Assembly (NCBI RefSeq): GCF_006345805.1
Contig: NC_043011.1
Span: 5,890,001 to 5,954,000, forward strand
Reading direction: 5' to 3'
DNA from: Octopus sinensis
Taxonomy: Eukaryota
Length of the DNA: 64,000 nucleotides
Part shown: positions 1 through 13,689 of the stretch, one piece after another
How the letters are laid out: every line of letters begins with the position of its first letter
How positions within the stretch are numbered: the stretch's first letter is position 1
The notes under the pieces: generated by a model
The model's database searches: none
What the model was told of the DNA's origin: nothing
Seen by the model: the letters and a program-made list of their open reading frames with translations, nothing else
Program-made: the position numbers and the translations under genes

Positions 1-113
1 ATGCATGCATCTTCATACATACACACAATCATACATCTATATACATACACGTGTGTAAGTGGGGAGGGGTGCAGTAAGTTATTTAACAAAATTTGCTATG
101 GAAAAAACAAAAA

Positions 114-145
<32 letters not shown>

Positions 146-479
146 CAGCCAACAACAACAATAATAATAGTTTCCAATTTTGGCACTGGGCGATATATCT
201 CAGAGGGGAAGGGAAGGGAATAATCAATTACATCAACCCCAGTGTCAAAGTGTCAAACTGGTACTTATTTTATTGACCCCCCTCAAAAGGATAAAAAGCA
301 AAGTCAACCTCAGCAGCATTGAAACCCAGAACATAAAGACAAATGAAATGCCAATAAGTCCAGTGTGCCAACGATTCTGCCAGCTCACAGCCTTCATCAA
401 TAATAATAATAATAATAACAACAATAATAATGATGATAATAATAATAATATAATAATAATAATAATAATAATAATAAAT

Positions 480-1035
480 GCCCTGATGCAGTACCAGGCA
501 GTGGCTCTCATGGCTTCTGATCTTAACTGATTGGAAGTGTTATCATGTACATTGTTTCGTCTTGGTATAAAAGATGGGCTACAGCAAATATTCTGCTCAA
601 TACCACAGATTTGCTTGTCAGTTGTTTGACCGTAACCAGTTGAGCATGTCCCTTAGTGGCTGACGATATGTGCATCTCTGATCACGAGCAGAAGTAGTGG
701 GGAAGCATCATAGCCATGTGTTGTGAGGGATTCTTTGGGGTTTGAATAATTCACCTATGGAAACATGGGTGGTTCTTTCAACATCCTTAAATAACCCTAA
801 TTCAGGGACCTTTTGAGCGGGATGGGCCACTCAACCTGAAGAAAATTCTAACTGGGCCCCTCCTGCAAGGTCATGCGCTGTTTATCTTGATATGAGATCA
901 CTATGTCACGCACATATGGTTGTAATGCATGTGCCTGGTGTACCTTTATCAGACGGGTAGTCATGATGGGTATATTGGGCTTCGTATATTTTACCCCAGT
1001 GTCACTTTGATGGCATGAACTGCTCTCTCACTCAA
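480..1035. repeat. About 555-bp interspersed repeat of unknown class flanked by (AAT)n
   Basis: Partial second copy at about 9215-9380 (ACAGCAAATATTCTGCT...CCCTTAGTGGCTGAC). Confidence 0.6.
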
Positions 1036-2491
1036 TAATAATAATAATAATAACAATAATAATAATCCTTTCTATTATAGGCACAAGGCCTGAAATTTTG
1101 GGGAAGAAGATAATCGATTACATTGAGTCCCAGTACTCAACCGGTACTTAATTTATTGACCCCGCATGACTGGTACTGAACTGACCCCAGGAGGATGAAA
1201 AGCAAAACCAACTTCAATGGAATCTGAATTCAGAACATAAAATGTCAGAAGAAATAAAGGAAAGCATTTTATTTTTATGTAAATAACTTCTTTTTTTTTC
1301 TTTTTGACAATAAAAACTTCATTTTATCAACATATTTTTACAGGAAGAAAGAAAAAAAAACATTAATAGTATAAAAGATTGGAATATTGAGAAAAGAAAC
1401 CCATAATTACCTCACCAGGGAAACAAAGAATAAGGGAGAAAAGGTGGGGATAGGAATTAAGCAGTAGAAGATGGGGGTGGAGAGAGTATTGGGTTATACA
1501 CTCCATCTGAGAAATTTGGGGGGCAGGGACTAGTTAATTACAATGACCCCCGTCTTTTGCTGGTACTTATTTTATCGACCCAACGAAATAAAAAGGCAAA
1601 ATCAACCTCAGCAGAATTTGAACTCAGAACGTAAAGATGGACTAAATGCAGTGAAGCATTTCAACCAGTGTACTAACAACCCTGCCAGCTTGCTGCCTTA
1701 ATAATGATGATGATGATAACAATAATAATAATAATAATAATAATATTGTAAGAAATAAAAGGAGTCTAGCTGTAATGGGATATTCTAGATACACAGGCTT
1801 TCATTTGCAAAATGAATTGGTAAGAATAATAATACTAGTTATATGAGTTGACCTGGAAACTATTCAAGAATCTACCAAATTGTGTAAGAACATACTCTTT
1901 GCAATCTAAAGTTCTGCAGAAATATGTGTAACTTTTGCTCCAAAGTGCCCACCTCTCCTGAATAATAAGGAATCTTATAGACTGACTGATGTTCAGAGAT
2001 ACTTACAAAGCTTAGAAGCAAAACTGTTTCTTACAGACTAAATGCACTCATTACTTATTTTGTTCTTTGTGGTTCAGGTTTCAAATTCTACGAGGCATTG
2101 ATGCTGTTGCCCCTGCCATCCCTCGGGGAGTGATAAGATATGAGCCAATAATAATAATAATAATATAACAGGATCGAGTTACTTGACTAATCCTACTCTC
2201 TTCTTCCTCTGTAAAAACTAAACGCTGCACTCGAATATGAAATCAATAAAACCAGAAAATAGAGTAATCACTAGAACTGAAAATTTAATATAACAACATT
2301 TTATTTCTTCCAGTTACAAATAATTAAATTACTTACATAATTACATATTTTGAAACAGAAGAGAAAGAGAGAAAGAGAGAGAATTAATTCTTTGAAATTG
2401 GAAATATCTTTCGGCACATAAAGTTCCTATTGACCTTCAGAACTACATGTAAATATAAAACAAATACACTATTTCAACTTATTATCAATAA

Positions 2492-2656
2492 GGCGCAGGA
2501 GTGGCTGTGTGGTAAGTAGCTTGCTAACCAGCCACATGGTTCCAGGTTCAGTCCCACTGCGTGGCATCTTGGGCAAGTGTCTTCTGCTATAGCCCCGGGC
2601 CAACCAATGCCTTGTCAGTGGATTTGGTAGATGGAAACTGAAAGAAGCCTGTCGTA

Positions 2657-2702
<46 letters not shown>

Positions 2703-2912
2703 TGTGTATGTTTGTGTGTCTGTGTTTGTCACCCTAGCATTGCTTGACAACCGATGCTGGTGTGTTTACGTCCCCGTCATTTAGCGGTTCGGCAAAAGAG
2801 ACCGATAGAATAAGTATTGGGCTTACAAAGAATAAGTCCCGGGGTCGATTTGCTCGACTAAAGGTGGTGCTCCAGCATGGCCGCAGTCAAATGACTGAAA
2901 CAAGTAAAAGAG
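2492..2912 (+). mobile_element. SINE family A (GGCGCAGGAGTGGCTGTGTGG head, internal TA/TG microsatellite)
   Basis: tRNA-like head with GGTTCAGTCCC B-box, central (TA)n(TG)n, 3' ...ATGACTGAAACAAGTAAAAGAG. Confidence 0.85.
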
Positions 2913-3462
2913 AGAAAGAGAGAAACTGAAAAATATTCAGTGACTAGAAATATTTAGGTGTGGCCGTGTGGTAAGAAGTATGCTTCACAAATACATGGTT
3001 CTGAGTTCAGTCCCACTGTATGGCATCTTAAACAAGTGTCTTTTACTATAGCCTTGTGAGTGAATTTGGAAGATGGAAACTGAAAGAAGCCCATTGTGTG
3101 TGTGTGTGTGTGTGTATTTGTCGCCCACCACCGCTTGACAACTGGTCTTGGTGTGTTTATCAACCCTGAAAGAATGAAGAGCACTTCTCACCCACATGGT
3201 TCTGGGTTCAATCCCACTGTACAGAAACATGGCAGATGAGATGCAACTTTAATTCAAAGATCCAAACTTTTCACACTGTATCACACGGATATTGTTTGAG
3301 AATTATGTTTAGGGTACACACGTGTGTGTATGGAATACTTGACCCTGAAAGAATGAAAGGCTAAGTCGGTCTCTGCAGAATTTCGTCCAAGAACATACAG
3401 ATGAAAGAGATGCCACTAAGCATTTTGCTTAGCACGATAACAGTTCTGCCAGCCCTTTGCCT

Positions 3463-3499
<37 letters not shown>

Positions 3500-3726
3500 T
3501 AATAATCCTTCCTACTATAGGCACGAGGCCTGAAATTTGGTGGGGGGGAGGCAGTTGATTAGATCAACCCCAGTACGCAACTGGTACTTAATTTATCGAC
3601 CCTGAAAGGCATGAAAGGCAAAGTTCACCTCAGTGGAATTTGAACTCAGAACATGAAGACACAAAATACTGCTAAACATTTTGCTTGGCATACTAATGAT
3701 TCTGCCAGCTCGCTGCCTGAATAATG

Positions 3727-3757
<31 letters not shown>

Positions 3758-4183
3758 TGATGATAATAATAATAATAATAAAAACAACATCATCATCATC
3801 AGTTTCAGTGATAGGGATTCAGTTGTTCAATCAACTGAACATACCTGGCTGAGTATTCCAAACATACACACATGTATACACTAAACATAATTCTGAAATA
3901 ATATCAGTGTGACAAGTCTAGATCTTTGAATTACAGTTGCATCTATCTGCCATGGATGCAGTTTCTGTTTCCCAATTTCACCCACAGAACTTGGCTTGAC
4001 CCAATATTATAGTAAAAAAAAACCATTTGTCTGAGATGACATATGATTAGGATTGAACTCAGAACCTCGCAATTGTGAAACAAACTTCTTAACCAATCAG
4101 CTGTACTGCTCCATCATAACCAATGCAGAGGAGACAGCAAAAAAGAAAAAAACAAACTCCCAGATTCATAATTCTTAAACATA

Positions 4184-4351
4184 GGCGCAGGAGTGGCTGT
4201 GTGTAAGTAGCTTGCTAACCAACCACATGGTTCCGGGTTCAGTCCCACTGCGTGGCATCTTGGGCAAGTGTCTTCTGCTATAGCCCCGGGCCGACCAATG
4301 CCTTGTGAGTGGATTTGGTAGACGGAAACTGAAAGAAGCCTGTCGTATATA

Positions 4352-4413
<62 letters not shown>

Positions 4414-4613
4414 GTCTGTGTTTGTCCCCCTAGCATCGCTTGACAACCGATGCTGGTGTGTTTACGTCCCCGTCACTTAGCGGTTCGGCAAAAGAGACCA
4501 ATAGAATAAGTACTGGGCTTACAAAGAATAAGTCTCGGGGTCGATTTGCTCAACTAAAGGCGGTGCTCCAGCATGGCCGCAGTCAAATGACCGAAACAAG
4601 TAAAAGAGTAAAG
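4184..4613 (+). mobile_element. SINE family A, full length
   Basis: 21-bp TSD AGATTCATAATTCTTAAACAT (4162-4182, 4614-4634). Confidence 0.9.
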
Positions 4614-5476
4614 AGATTCATAATTCTTAAACATCCCAACAGCAAATCTATGATGCATGCTGGTTCAAACCCTGATGGCAACTGGAAAGAAATGGTAAAA
4701 CATTTGCTTCATAAGGACACCATTAGCATCTCCCTAACTTAACCGGTACCTTACCAATAGCTGTATAAAATATGGGAGGTTTTTCTGCCACAATGTATTA
4801 TGTCAGAAACGAAACCTACTTTAATAATTCTTGCAAATGTGCAATTTTTTTAGAACTGCTAGTTTGATGTTAAAAATACAAATAAAGGAAATATTTGTTA
4901 ACAAATATATATTTCAGGATTTCATAAACATATTTGCAGCAGTCAACAAAGGATAAACCAAGGAAGAAATGCTGTGTAAACCAGTTTGTTCCATGACAAT
5001 TTTCCCAGCATGCTCAGCAATAATTTCTATCCTGAGGTGGAGTAGATCATATCATTTTTTGCTTATAAATTTATTGAAGTTTTCATTAAAGAGAGAAAAA
5101 AGTAGTCTTATTTTTAATTCAAGTCTCTTTTCTGTTGATATTTTCCAAAATATTGATAAAAAAATAATTGAAAAACTTTATTCAAAGTTATATTATATTC
5201 TATTTTGAAAATATCAAAGTTGTATCTCTAAGAAAGAAAGTGATGTTTTCTTAAACGATCAATATAAATTTGATAAAGAAAAATAATAATAATCTTTTCT
5301 ACTATAGGCACAAAGCCTGAAATTTTGGGGGTAGGGGCCTAATTAATTATATCAACCTCAGTGTTTCACTGGTACTTAATTAATCAACCCTCAAAGGATG
5401 AAAAGTAAAGTCAACCTCAACAGAATTTGAACTCGGAATTTTGCTTCCCATCTTAATGATAATAATAATAATAATT

Positions 5477-5514
<38 letters not shown>

Positions 5515-5951
5515 TAATAATAATGATGATGATAATAATAATAATAATAAAAACAACATCATCATCATCAGTTTCAGTGATAGGGATTCAGTTGTTCAAT
5601 CAACTGAACATACCTGGCTGAGTATTCCAAACATACACACATGTATACACTAACATAATTCTGAAATAATATCAGTGTGACAAGTCTAGATCTTTGAATT
5701 ACAGTTGCATCTATCTGCCATGGATGCAGTTTCTGTTTCCCAATTTCACCCACAGAACTTGGCTTGACCCAATATTATAGTAAAAAAAAACCATTTGTCT
5801 GAGATGACATATGATTAGGATTGAACTCAGAACCTCGCAATTGTGAAACAAACTTCTTAACCAATCAGCTGTACTGCTCCATCATAACCAATGCAGAGGA
5901 GACAGCAAAAAAGAAAAAAACAAACTCCCAGATTCATAATTCTTAAACATA

Positions 5952-6112
5952 GGCGCAGGAGTGGCTGTGTGTAAGTAGCTTGCTAACCAACCACATGGTT
6001 CCGGGTTCAGTCCCACTGCGTGGCATCTTGGGCAAGTGTCTTCTGCTATAGCCCCGGGCCGACCAATGCCTTTTGAGTGGATTTGGTAGACGGAAACTGA
6101 AAGAAGCCTGTC

Positions 6113-6180
<68 letters not shown>

Positions 6181-6381
6181 GTGTCTGTGTCTGTCCCTCT
6201 AGCATCGCTTGACAACCGATGCTGGTGTGTTTACGTCCCCGTCACTTAGCGGTTCAGCAAAAGAGACCGATAGAATAAGTACTGGGCTTACAAAGAATAA
6301 GTCTCGGGGTCGATTTGCTCGACTAAAGGCGGTGCTCCAGCATGGCCGCAGTCAAATGACTGAAACAAATAAAAGAGTAAA
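5952..6381 (+). mobile_element. SINE family A (duplicate of 4184-4613)
   Basis: Same flanks and TSD. Part of the tandem duplication. Confidence 0.9.
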
Positions 6382-7244
6382 GAGATTCATAATTCTTAAA
6401 CATCCCAACAGCAAATCTATGATGCATGCTGGTTCAAACCCTGATGGCAACTGGAAAGAAATGGTAAAACATTTGCTCCATAAAGACACCATTAGCATCT
6501 CCCTAACTTAACCGGTACCTTACCAATAGCTGTATAAAATATGGGAGGTTTTTCTGCCACAATGTATTATGTCAGAAACGAAACCTACTTTAATAATTCT
6601 TGCAAATGTGCATTTTTTTAGAACTGCTAGTTTGATGTAAAAATACAAATAAAGGAAATATTTGTTAACAAATATATATTTCAGGATTTCATAAACATAT
6701 TTGCAGCAGTCAACAAAGGATAAACCAAGGAAGAAATGCTGTGTAAACCAGTTTGTTCCATGACAATTTTCCCAGCATGCTCAGCAATAATTTCTATCCT
6801 GAGGTGGAGTAGATCATATCATTTTTTGCTTATAAATTTATTGAAGTTTTCATTAAAGAGAGAAAAAAGTAGTCTTATTTTTAATTCAAGTCTCTTTTCT
6901 GTTGATATTTTCCAAAATATTGATAAAAAAATAATTGAAAAACTTTATTCAAAGTTAATATTATATTCTATTTTGAAAATATCAAAGTTGTATCTCTAAG
7001 AAAGAAAGTGATGTTTTCTTAAACGATCAATATAAATTTGATAAAGAAAAATAATAATAATCTTTTCTACTATAGGCACAAAGCCTGAAATTTTGGGGGT
7101 AGGGGCATAATTAATTATATCAACCTCAGTGTTTCACTGGTACTTAATTAATCAACCCTCAAAGGATGAAAAGTAAAGTCAACCTCAACAGAATTTGAAC
7201 TCGGAATTTTGCTTCCCATCTTAATGATAATAATAATAATAATT

Positions 7245-7283
<39 letters not shown>

Positions 7284-7780
7284 CCCACATAAAACAACAG
7301 CAATAAGTGCTACTCCTCCTACCCCTCTTTGACACGGTTGCATGTTTCTGTGATGACAGTGCCGGCAAAGAGAAGACCCTCTCACCCCATCAACTGAACT
7401 GGGCCTGCCTTTGACAAACATTAGCACTGACAGTGATTATAGCTTCTCTCAGACACATGTTCAATTATTCTACAGCTTACCACCGAAGCAGACAGCTAAA
7501 TGTTATCCCGTTGTTGTTGTTGTTGTTCCAATAAGGATGCTACCAGGCAGCTTCAAAACCCTTTTTAATCACACACCCTGTCATTTTATTTGCAAATAAA
7601 ACAAGGTTTTTTACACAGTTGCAATTCTTTCTGTTTTTTTGTTTTTTTTTAAGTTTTAAATTATTATATTCACAGAAATGGAGAGGGAAAAAAACCGAAA
7701 ACCAAATAAACCTCAAAGCCTTCCTGTTATACTTTTCATTCAAATGATCGTCTTCTGCCTCTCTCTGCTGTTTAGCTTAT

Positions 7781-8435
7781 TTAACCCTCCAACATTCTTA
7801 TTATTCTGCCAAATGTAATGATTACTTATTCACATTGTTTTCAATTAGTCATTAACATTTATTCACATTGTTTTCAATTAGTCATTAACATTTATTCACA
7901 TTGTTTTCAATTAGTCATTAACATTTATTCACATTGTTTTCAATTAGTCATTAACATTTATTCACATTGTTTTCAATTAGTCATTAACATTTATTCACAT
8001 TGTTTTCAATTAGTCATTAACATTTATTCACATTGTTTTCAATTAGTCATTAACATTTATTCACATTGTTTTCAATTAGTCATTAACATTTATTCACATT
8101 GTTTTCAATTAGTCATAACATTTATTCACATTGTTTTCAATTAGTCATTAACATTTATTCACATTGTTTTCAATTAGTCATTAACATTTATTCACATTGT
8201 TTTCAATTAGTCATTAACATTTATTCACATTGTTTTCAATTAGTCATTAACATTTATTCACATTGTTTTCAATTAGTCATGCATTAACTCATAGCTCTGA
8301 GATGTTGATGATGTGATTGTTTATTTTTCAAATGACATTGGAAGGCAGGTGTGAGAGGCTAGATCTGGCCGTTTTGAACATAAACAGGTGGAATATTTGG
8401 GCTGCATGTGGATGATTTCAATGCTAAAGGATGAA
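7781..8435. mobile_element. piggyBac-like MITE expanded by an internal minisatellite
   Basis: Ends and flanking interior match 43361-43589. Confidence 0.65.
7826..8282. repeat. 33-bp minisatellite, about 14 near-identical copies
   Basis: Unit ATTTATTCACATTGTTTTCAATTAGTCATTAAC. One copy has a 1-bp deletion near 8115. Confidence 0.95.
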
Positions 8436-9392
8436 AAACCAAATAAAGGACCAGTTGAAGGCTGGGGTCGATGATATCAACAAACCTCCTCCCACTGAAA
8501 TTATTGGTCAAAGCCACAATTTTAAACCATCATCATCAACATTATTATTATTTATGGTGCCTTTCATCCTCTTGGGTTTGATAAATTAAGTACCAGTTGC
8601 ATACTGGGGACATTCTAATTGACTAACCCCTCCCCCATATTTCAGGCCTTGTGCTTATAGTAGAAAGGATTATTATTATTATTTATGGCCAGGAGAGAGT
8701 AACTAGTGCAAACAGTTAAGGCTTTGTGACATGCAGTTTGCTCCAAATAAAGCCTGGAATTGGTAATACAAAGAAACCAGTGGGGTCGGTTTCCCTAAGG
8801 GAAACCAGTGCTGTTGATTTAACTATTTAAAGCTCCACCTCAAAGAAAATTTGGTCTAGTAAAAAAAATCATCATCATCATTATTATTATTATTATTATT
8901 ATCATTATTTTGACAGGTGTTGTGATGTGAAATATTCCTGGCAATCTAAGTCAGGAGCCAGTCTTTAATTTGAAGATAATCAAGCAACTAATTCTTTATT
9001 GCCAGGTGAAGTGGGACCATGAAAAACTTGGAAGCCCAAATCTAAACTAATTACTGTTAAAGTAGTAATAATAATAATATTATTATTATTATTATAAAGA
9101 TGATGATGATGACCAGTAAATAAGTGTCACATTAGTCTGCTGGCTGTGGACAGCTGACACTTTCCATCATACCTAGCAAAATAAGCTGAGTTTTCATATA
9201 ATAATAATAATAATAGGTTACAGCAAATATTCTGCTTAATACTGCAGATTTGTTTGTCAGTTACTTGACCTTAACCTGTTGAGCAAGTCCCTTAGTGGCT
9301 GACAATACATGCTCCTCTGATCACAAGCAGGAATAGTGAAGCAACATCATAACCATTTGTTGAGGGGAATTCTTTGGGGTTTACTCTTTTAA

Positions 9393-9605
9393 TCTTTTAC
9401 TTGTTTCAGTCATTTGACTGCGGCCATGCTGGAGCACCGCCTTTAATCGAGCAACTCGACCCCGGGACTTATTCTTTTGTAAGCCCAGTACTTATTCTAT
9501 CAGTCTCTTTTGCCGAACCTCTAAGTAACGGGGACATAAACACACCAGCATCGGTTGTCAAGCAATGCTAGGGGGACAAACACAGACACACAAACACACA
9601 CACGC

Positions 9606-9636
<31 letters not shown>

Positions 9637-9802
9637 CATATATACGATGGACTTCTTTCAGTTTCCGTCTACCAAATCCACTCACAAGGCTTTGGTCGGC
9701 CCAAGGCTATAGTAGAAGACACTTGCCCAAGGTGCCACGCAGTGGGACTGAACCCGGAACCGTGTGGTTGGTAAACAAGCTACTTACCACACAGCCACTC
9801 CC
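9393..9802 (-). mobile_element. SINE family A
   Basis: Reverse complement of the family A sequence. Confidence 0.85.
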
Positions 9803-10654
9803 CTCTGAAAACATGGGTGTTTTGTTTATCATCACTGATCAACTCTTATTCTGGGACCTTTTGGGTGCAATGAGCATATTTGCACCAGTACACACACACA
9901 CACGGAACTGGCTTCATCCCTTGTCATCTCCGTTGTGTCCACCCTCTCCACCCCTAAATTGAAGCATTATACCCTGTCCTTCCTCCCACTGGAATCCCCT
10001 TGCAACAGTTTATATAAAGCATTAACAGTATCCAGCCCACCAGATCTCAGAGGGCCTACAAAAATCATGGGGCAAAAAAAAAGTGACTTCTTGCACAATT
10101 TCTGTCTACCCAATTTCACTGAGATGGCATTGATTAACCAGAAATTATGACAAAAGACACTTCATCAAGGAGCAACATTTCACTTAAACCACAAATTCAA
10201 TTGAAATTATTAGAAAAATATCATTATAAAATTGTATATAATTATATAATAATTACAATTTCTAACATAGGCACATTTGATGGAAAGAAGAACGAAGTAA
10301 AGATCAATGATTAAGTTTACCCTAATATATGACTGGTACTACTTACCTCTACTATTACTGCTCAACACATGGAAGGTTTTGTTGGTCACTGTTATTGTTC
10401 TGACCAACAAATCATATATCAGAGATTTCTACACCCATTTTAGAGACTCCTGTACTATATTAGGGGACAAAGGCCAGTCAAGCACATTCGTGGTATTGAC
10501 AGAGACACACAACATGAAATATGAGGACCTGCCAAAACTAATAATTACCTTGCTTGGAAACAAGTGAAGGCTGGTGACAGGAAGAGCATCCAGTCATGGA
10601 GAATTTTGCTCAATGAATCCATTCTGATCCAAGCAAGCAGGAAAAAGTAGACGT

Positions 10655-10915
10655 TAAGAAGAAGAAGATGAAGATGATGAAGAAGATGATGAAGAAGATG
10701 ATGATGATGATGATGAAGAAGATGATGAAGATGATGATGAAGATGATGAAGAAGATGATGATGAAGATGATGAAGAAGATGATGATGATGAAGATGATGA
10801 TGAAGATGATGAAGATGATGAAGAAGATGATGATGATGATGTCGATGATGGAGGTGATGACGATGATGATGATGGTGATGATGATGGTGATGATGATGAT
10901 GATGATGATGATGTA
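10655..10915. repeat. (GAT/GAA)n compound trinucleotide repeat
   Basis: Follows a family D-like GACGTTAA tail. The D/E frame is preceded by TAA. Confidence 0.9.
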
Positions 10916-11769
10916 AAACCTGATTACAAACCTAATTGTTTTCAAGCTGTGAAGTGAAATGGCAGTAAATGAGAATGGAAACCAGGTTAGAAACTCATTC
11001 GAAATTTATTTCATGAAAACATAATTAGCACTAATTAAATACTAACTGAAATTTTTATTCAATGGAAAGAATTAGATAAAATTCCTGCTGACATTGGCAT
11101 TTTCTAAAACTATATAAACCAAGTTAGAAAGAAGGAGTGGGAGAAGAAAATGAGAAACAATTCTTTTTTAATTACAAATTAGTATCAAATTGATGTTTGT
11201 TTAGTTTTTTGATTTTTATTTTTCGAAGAATGAAAATTATCAAAATTCTCCTCAGGTTTATTTTAATTATATTTTATTTAGAATTCGTAACCTGCATGAA
11301 ACAAGAATAAAAATATCTAGATGTAAAACAGATGTAAAATACATGTAATCATAAACAGATGTAAAACAGACATAATTATAGAATTATTTATTGTTTTCTA
11401 AAGAGGAAAAAAATACAGAACGGTATACTTCTACAAGAAACACTGTTTGGTAGTTCCAAAGAAATCGGTAGAAATATAAGCAAATATATTTAACGACAAC
11501 ATTTACTACAACCCTTCAATAATAATCAGAAGGAAGCCCCTCCACATAAAAGGCACCCATGCTGGTGCCATGTAAAACGCTCGTGGTAGTGACACATAAA
11601 AAGCACCCAGTGCATTCTGTTACAGTAGAGGACACTTGACCAAGGTGCCATGCAGTGGGACTGAACCCAGAACCATAAGGTTGCAAAGCAAGCATTTTAA
11701 CTACACAGCCAAGCCTGCACTTATATATGCCAAAGTTCTTCTAGATTCTTCCACCAGGAGTGGCTTATA

Positions 11770-11934
11770 GGCAAAGGAGTGTCTGCGTGGTAAGAAGCTT
11801 GCTTCCCAATCACATGGTTCCGGGTTCAGTCCCACTGCATGGCACCTTGGGCAAGTGTCTTCTACTGTAGCCTCGGGCCGACCAAAGCCTTGTGAGTGGA
11901 TTTGATAGATGGAAACTGAAAGAAGCCTGTCTCA

Positions 11935-11980
<46 letters not shown>

Positions 11981-12200
11981 TGTATGTATGTATGTATATG
12001 TTTATGTGTGTGTTTGTCCCCCTACCATTGCTTGACAACTGATGGTGTGGTTACATCCTTCAACACTTAGCAGTTCGGCAAAAGTGACTGATAAAATAAG
12101 TAATAGGCTTACAAACAATAAGTCTTGGGGTTGATTTCTTCAACTAAAGGTGGTGCTCCAGCATGGCCGCAGTCAAATGACTGAAACAAATAAAAGAATA
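11770..12200 (+). mobile_element. SINE family A
   Basis: Family A head, (TG)n centre and tail. Confidence 0.8.
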
Positions 12201-12818
12201 TCTCATACGAGCACACATGGTGTATACACATGATACAGGATACATATAAAGATATCATATATATATATATATATATATATCATCGTTTAACGTCCATTTT
12301 CCATGCTGGCATTTGTTGGACAGTTTGACTGAGGTCTGAAAAGACAGGAGGCCACACCAGGCTCCAGTCTGATCTGGCAAAGTTTCTACAGCTGGATGCC
12401 CTTCCTAATGCCAACCACTCCGAGAGTGTAGTGGGTGATTTTTATGTGCCACCAGCACGGGAACAAGTCAGGTTGTACTGGCATCGGCCATGTTCAGATG
12501 GTGCTTTTTACGTGCCGGGGGGGAAGGGGGTGGGTGGCATCGACCCCGTTTTATATATATATATAGACATATATTTATTATATAATAAACCACACACACA
12601 CAGAGTAAAACAAAAGTTATTAAAACGTTAGTCAGCTCTGGGCTATAACATAAGACACTTGCCCAAGGTGGGACTGAACCCAGAACCATGTGGTTGGGAA
12701 ACAAACTTCTTGCCACACACACACACAAGAGTACATGATATATATATATATACAGTTAAACACATGGTTTAGATACAAACATGAGTTTGTATTCAGACAA
12801 ATGTTTACAATTTAGACC

Positions 12819-12832
12819 GTTACCATGGCAAC
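12819..12832. promoter_or_regulatory. Canonical RFX X-box GTTACCATGGCAAC
   Basis: Exact match to the RFX consensus in non-repeat sequence. Function is unverified. Confidence 0.35.
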
Positions 12833-13083
12833 ATGGTCATTGTTCTTTAGCCTCAGGACAATCCTGATAAGCAAACTTTAATCTGCCAGAAGAGAAAAAC
12901 AAAAGAATAAACAAAAATTGGTTTCTCACTTAGGCTCACTTAGGTTTTGAGGGGAGGGGCCGAGGCCATCAAAAAGCAAACTGAAAGTTTAAAAAAACTA
13001 CGAAAAGAACAAAAAATTTTTTAAAATAAACATAAAGCTAAATTTAGAATTTAATAATAAATAACAAAATATGTCTTATTAAT

Positions 13084-13311
13084 TTAACTCTTTCATTACC
13101 AACCCGGCCAAAACTGCCTCTGGCTCTGAGTACAAATGTCTTGTTTTCTTAAGTTTTGAATTAAAATCTTCCACCAAACCTTAGTCACAATTTATGTTCC
13201 TAACACTGGCTTAATGGTAGCAAAGTTATTTTACTAAATTTTTTGTTATATTTACAATAATTGAAAGAAACACAGAGCATCTCAAAATAAATATGGTAAT
13301 GAAAGGGTTAA
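13084..13311. mobile_element. piggyBac-like MITE (TTAA-flanked)
   Basis: TTAA-CTCTTTCATTAC ... GTAATGAAAGGG-TTAA. Related copies at 37448-37669 and 37686-37899. Confidence 0.7.
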
Positions 13312-13689
13312 AGAAGACTCAGAAAATTTTCTTAAGAAAATGGCCCAAAAGTAAAGCACTTGTGAGCAAAGACATTGAGCCTATTTATGGGGTGGAACAT
13401 GTAAGGACCCATAATTTGCATCTTTATCTAAGACAGCAGGATGTGATTTCAGGGAAACTGAACTAACAAAGAGACATTCATGAAGTTGCTTAATCTGCTA
13501 GAAACAGCAGTTAAAACACAGCAGTTTGAATTAATTTATTCAATACAAAGAGTCTTGGATGAGGAGGTACAATTAGAATTGCTGAAAGGAAAATGAAAAA
13601 CTAACAAAATTGTCCGTTAAGAAAGTAAATGAACAAATAAATAAAGTTTCAATTAAAGCAAAAAATAAAACAAAAATGTTTTTTTAACA

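Larger units (their letters stand above)
3750..7275. repeat. Tandem direct duplication, unit about 1.77 kb
   Basis: AAAACAACATCATC at 3781 and 5550 (period 1769). The units are near-identical, with junctions in (AAT)n. Confidence 0.92.

Noticed and set aside
2469-2929. Recurrent MSSNARGTNT.../MTTDAGVFTSP... ORFs
   Set aside because: They arise from SINE family A copies, not from a gene family.
7826-8282. CRISPR-like appearance of the 33-bp repeat
   Set aside because: The units are directly adjacent with no spacers, and the context is eukaryotic.
7818-8287. ORFs of repeated YSHCFQLVINI
   Set aside because: Translation of the 33-bp minisatellite within a MITE. No evidence of a gene.
10347-10528. 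Possible minus-strand exon (TTTTGGCAG acceptor, AG|GTAAGT donor)
   Set aside because: All three frames contain a stop (the best has one TAG) and no partner exons were found. It could be non-coding, but I cannot support it.
10610-10945. Poly-I/F, poly-M/K or poly-D/E ORFs
   Set aside because: Trinucleotide repeat. The acidic frame is preceded by TAA and has no start.
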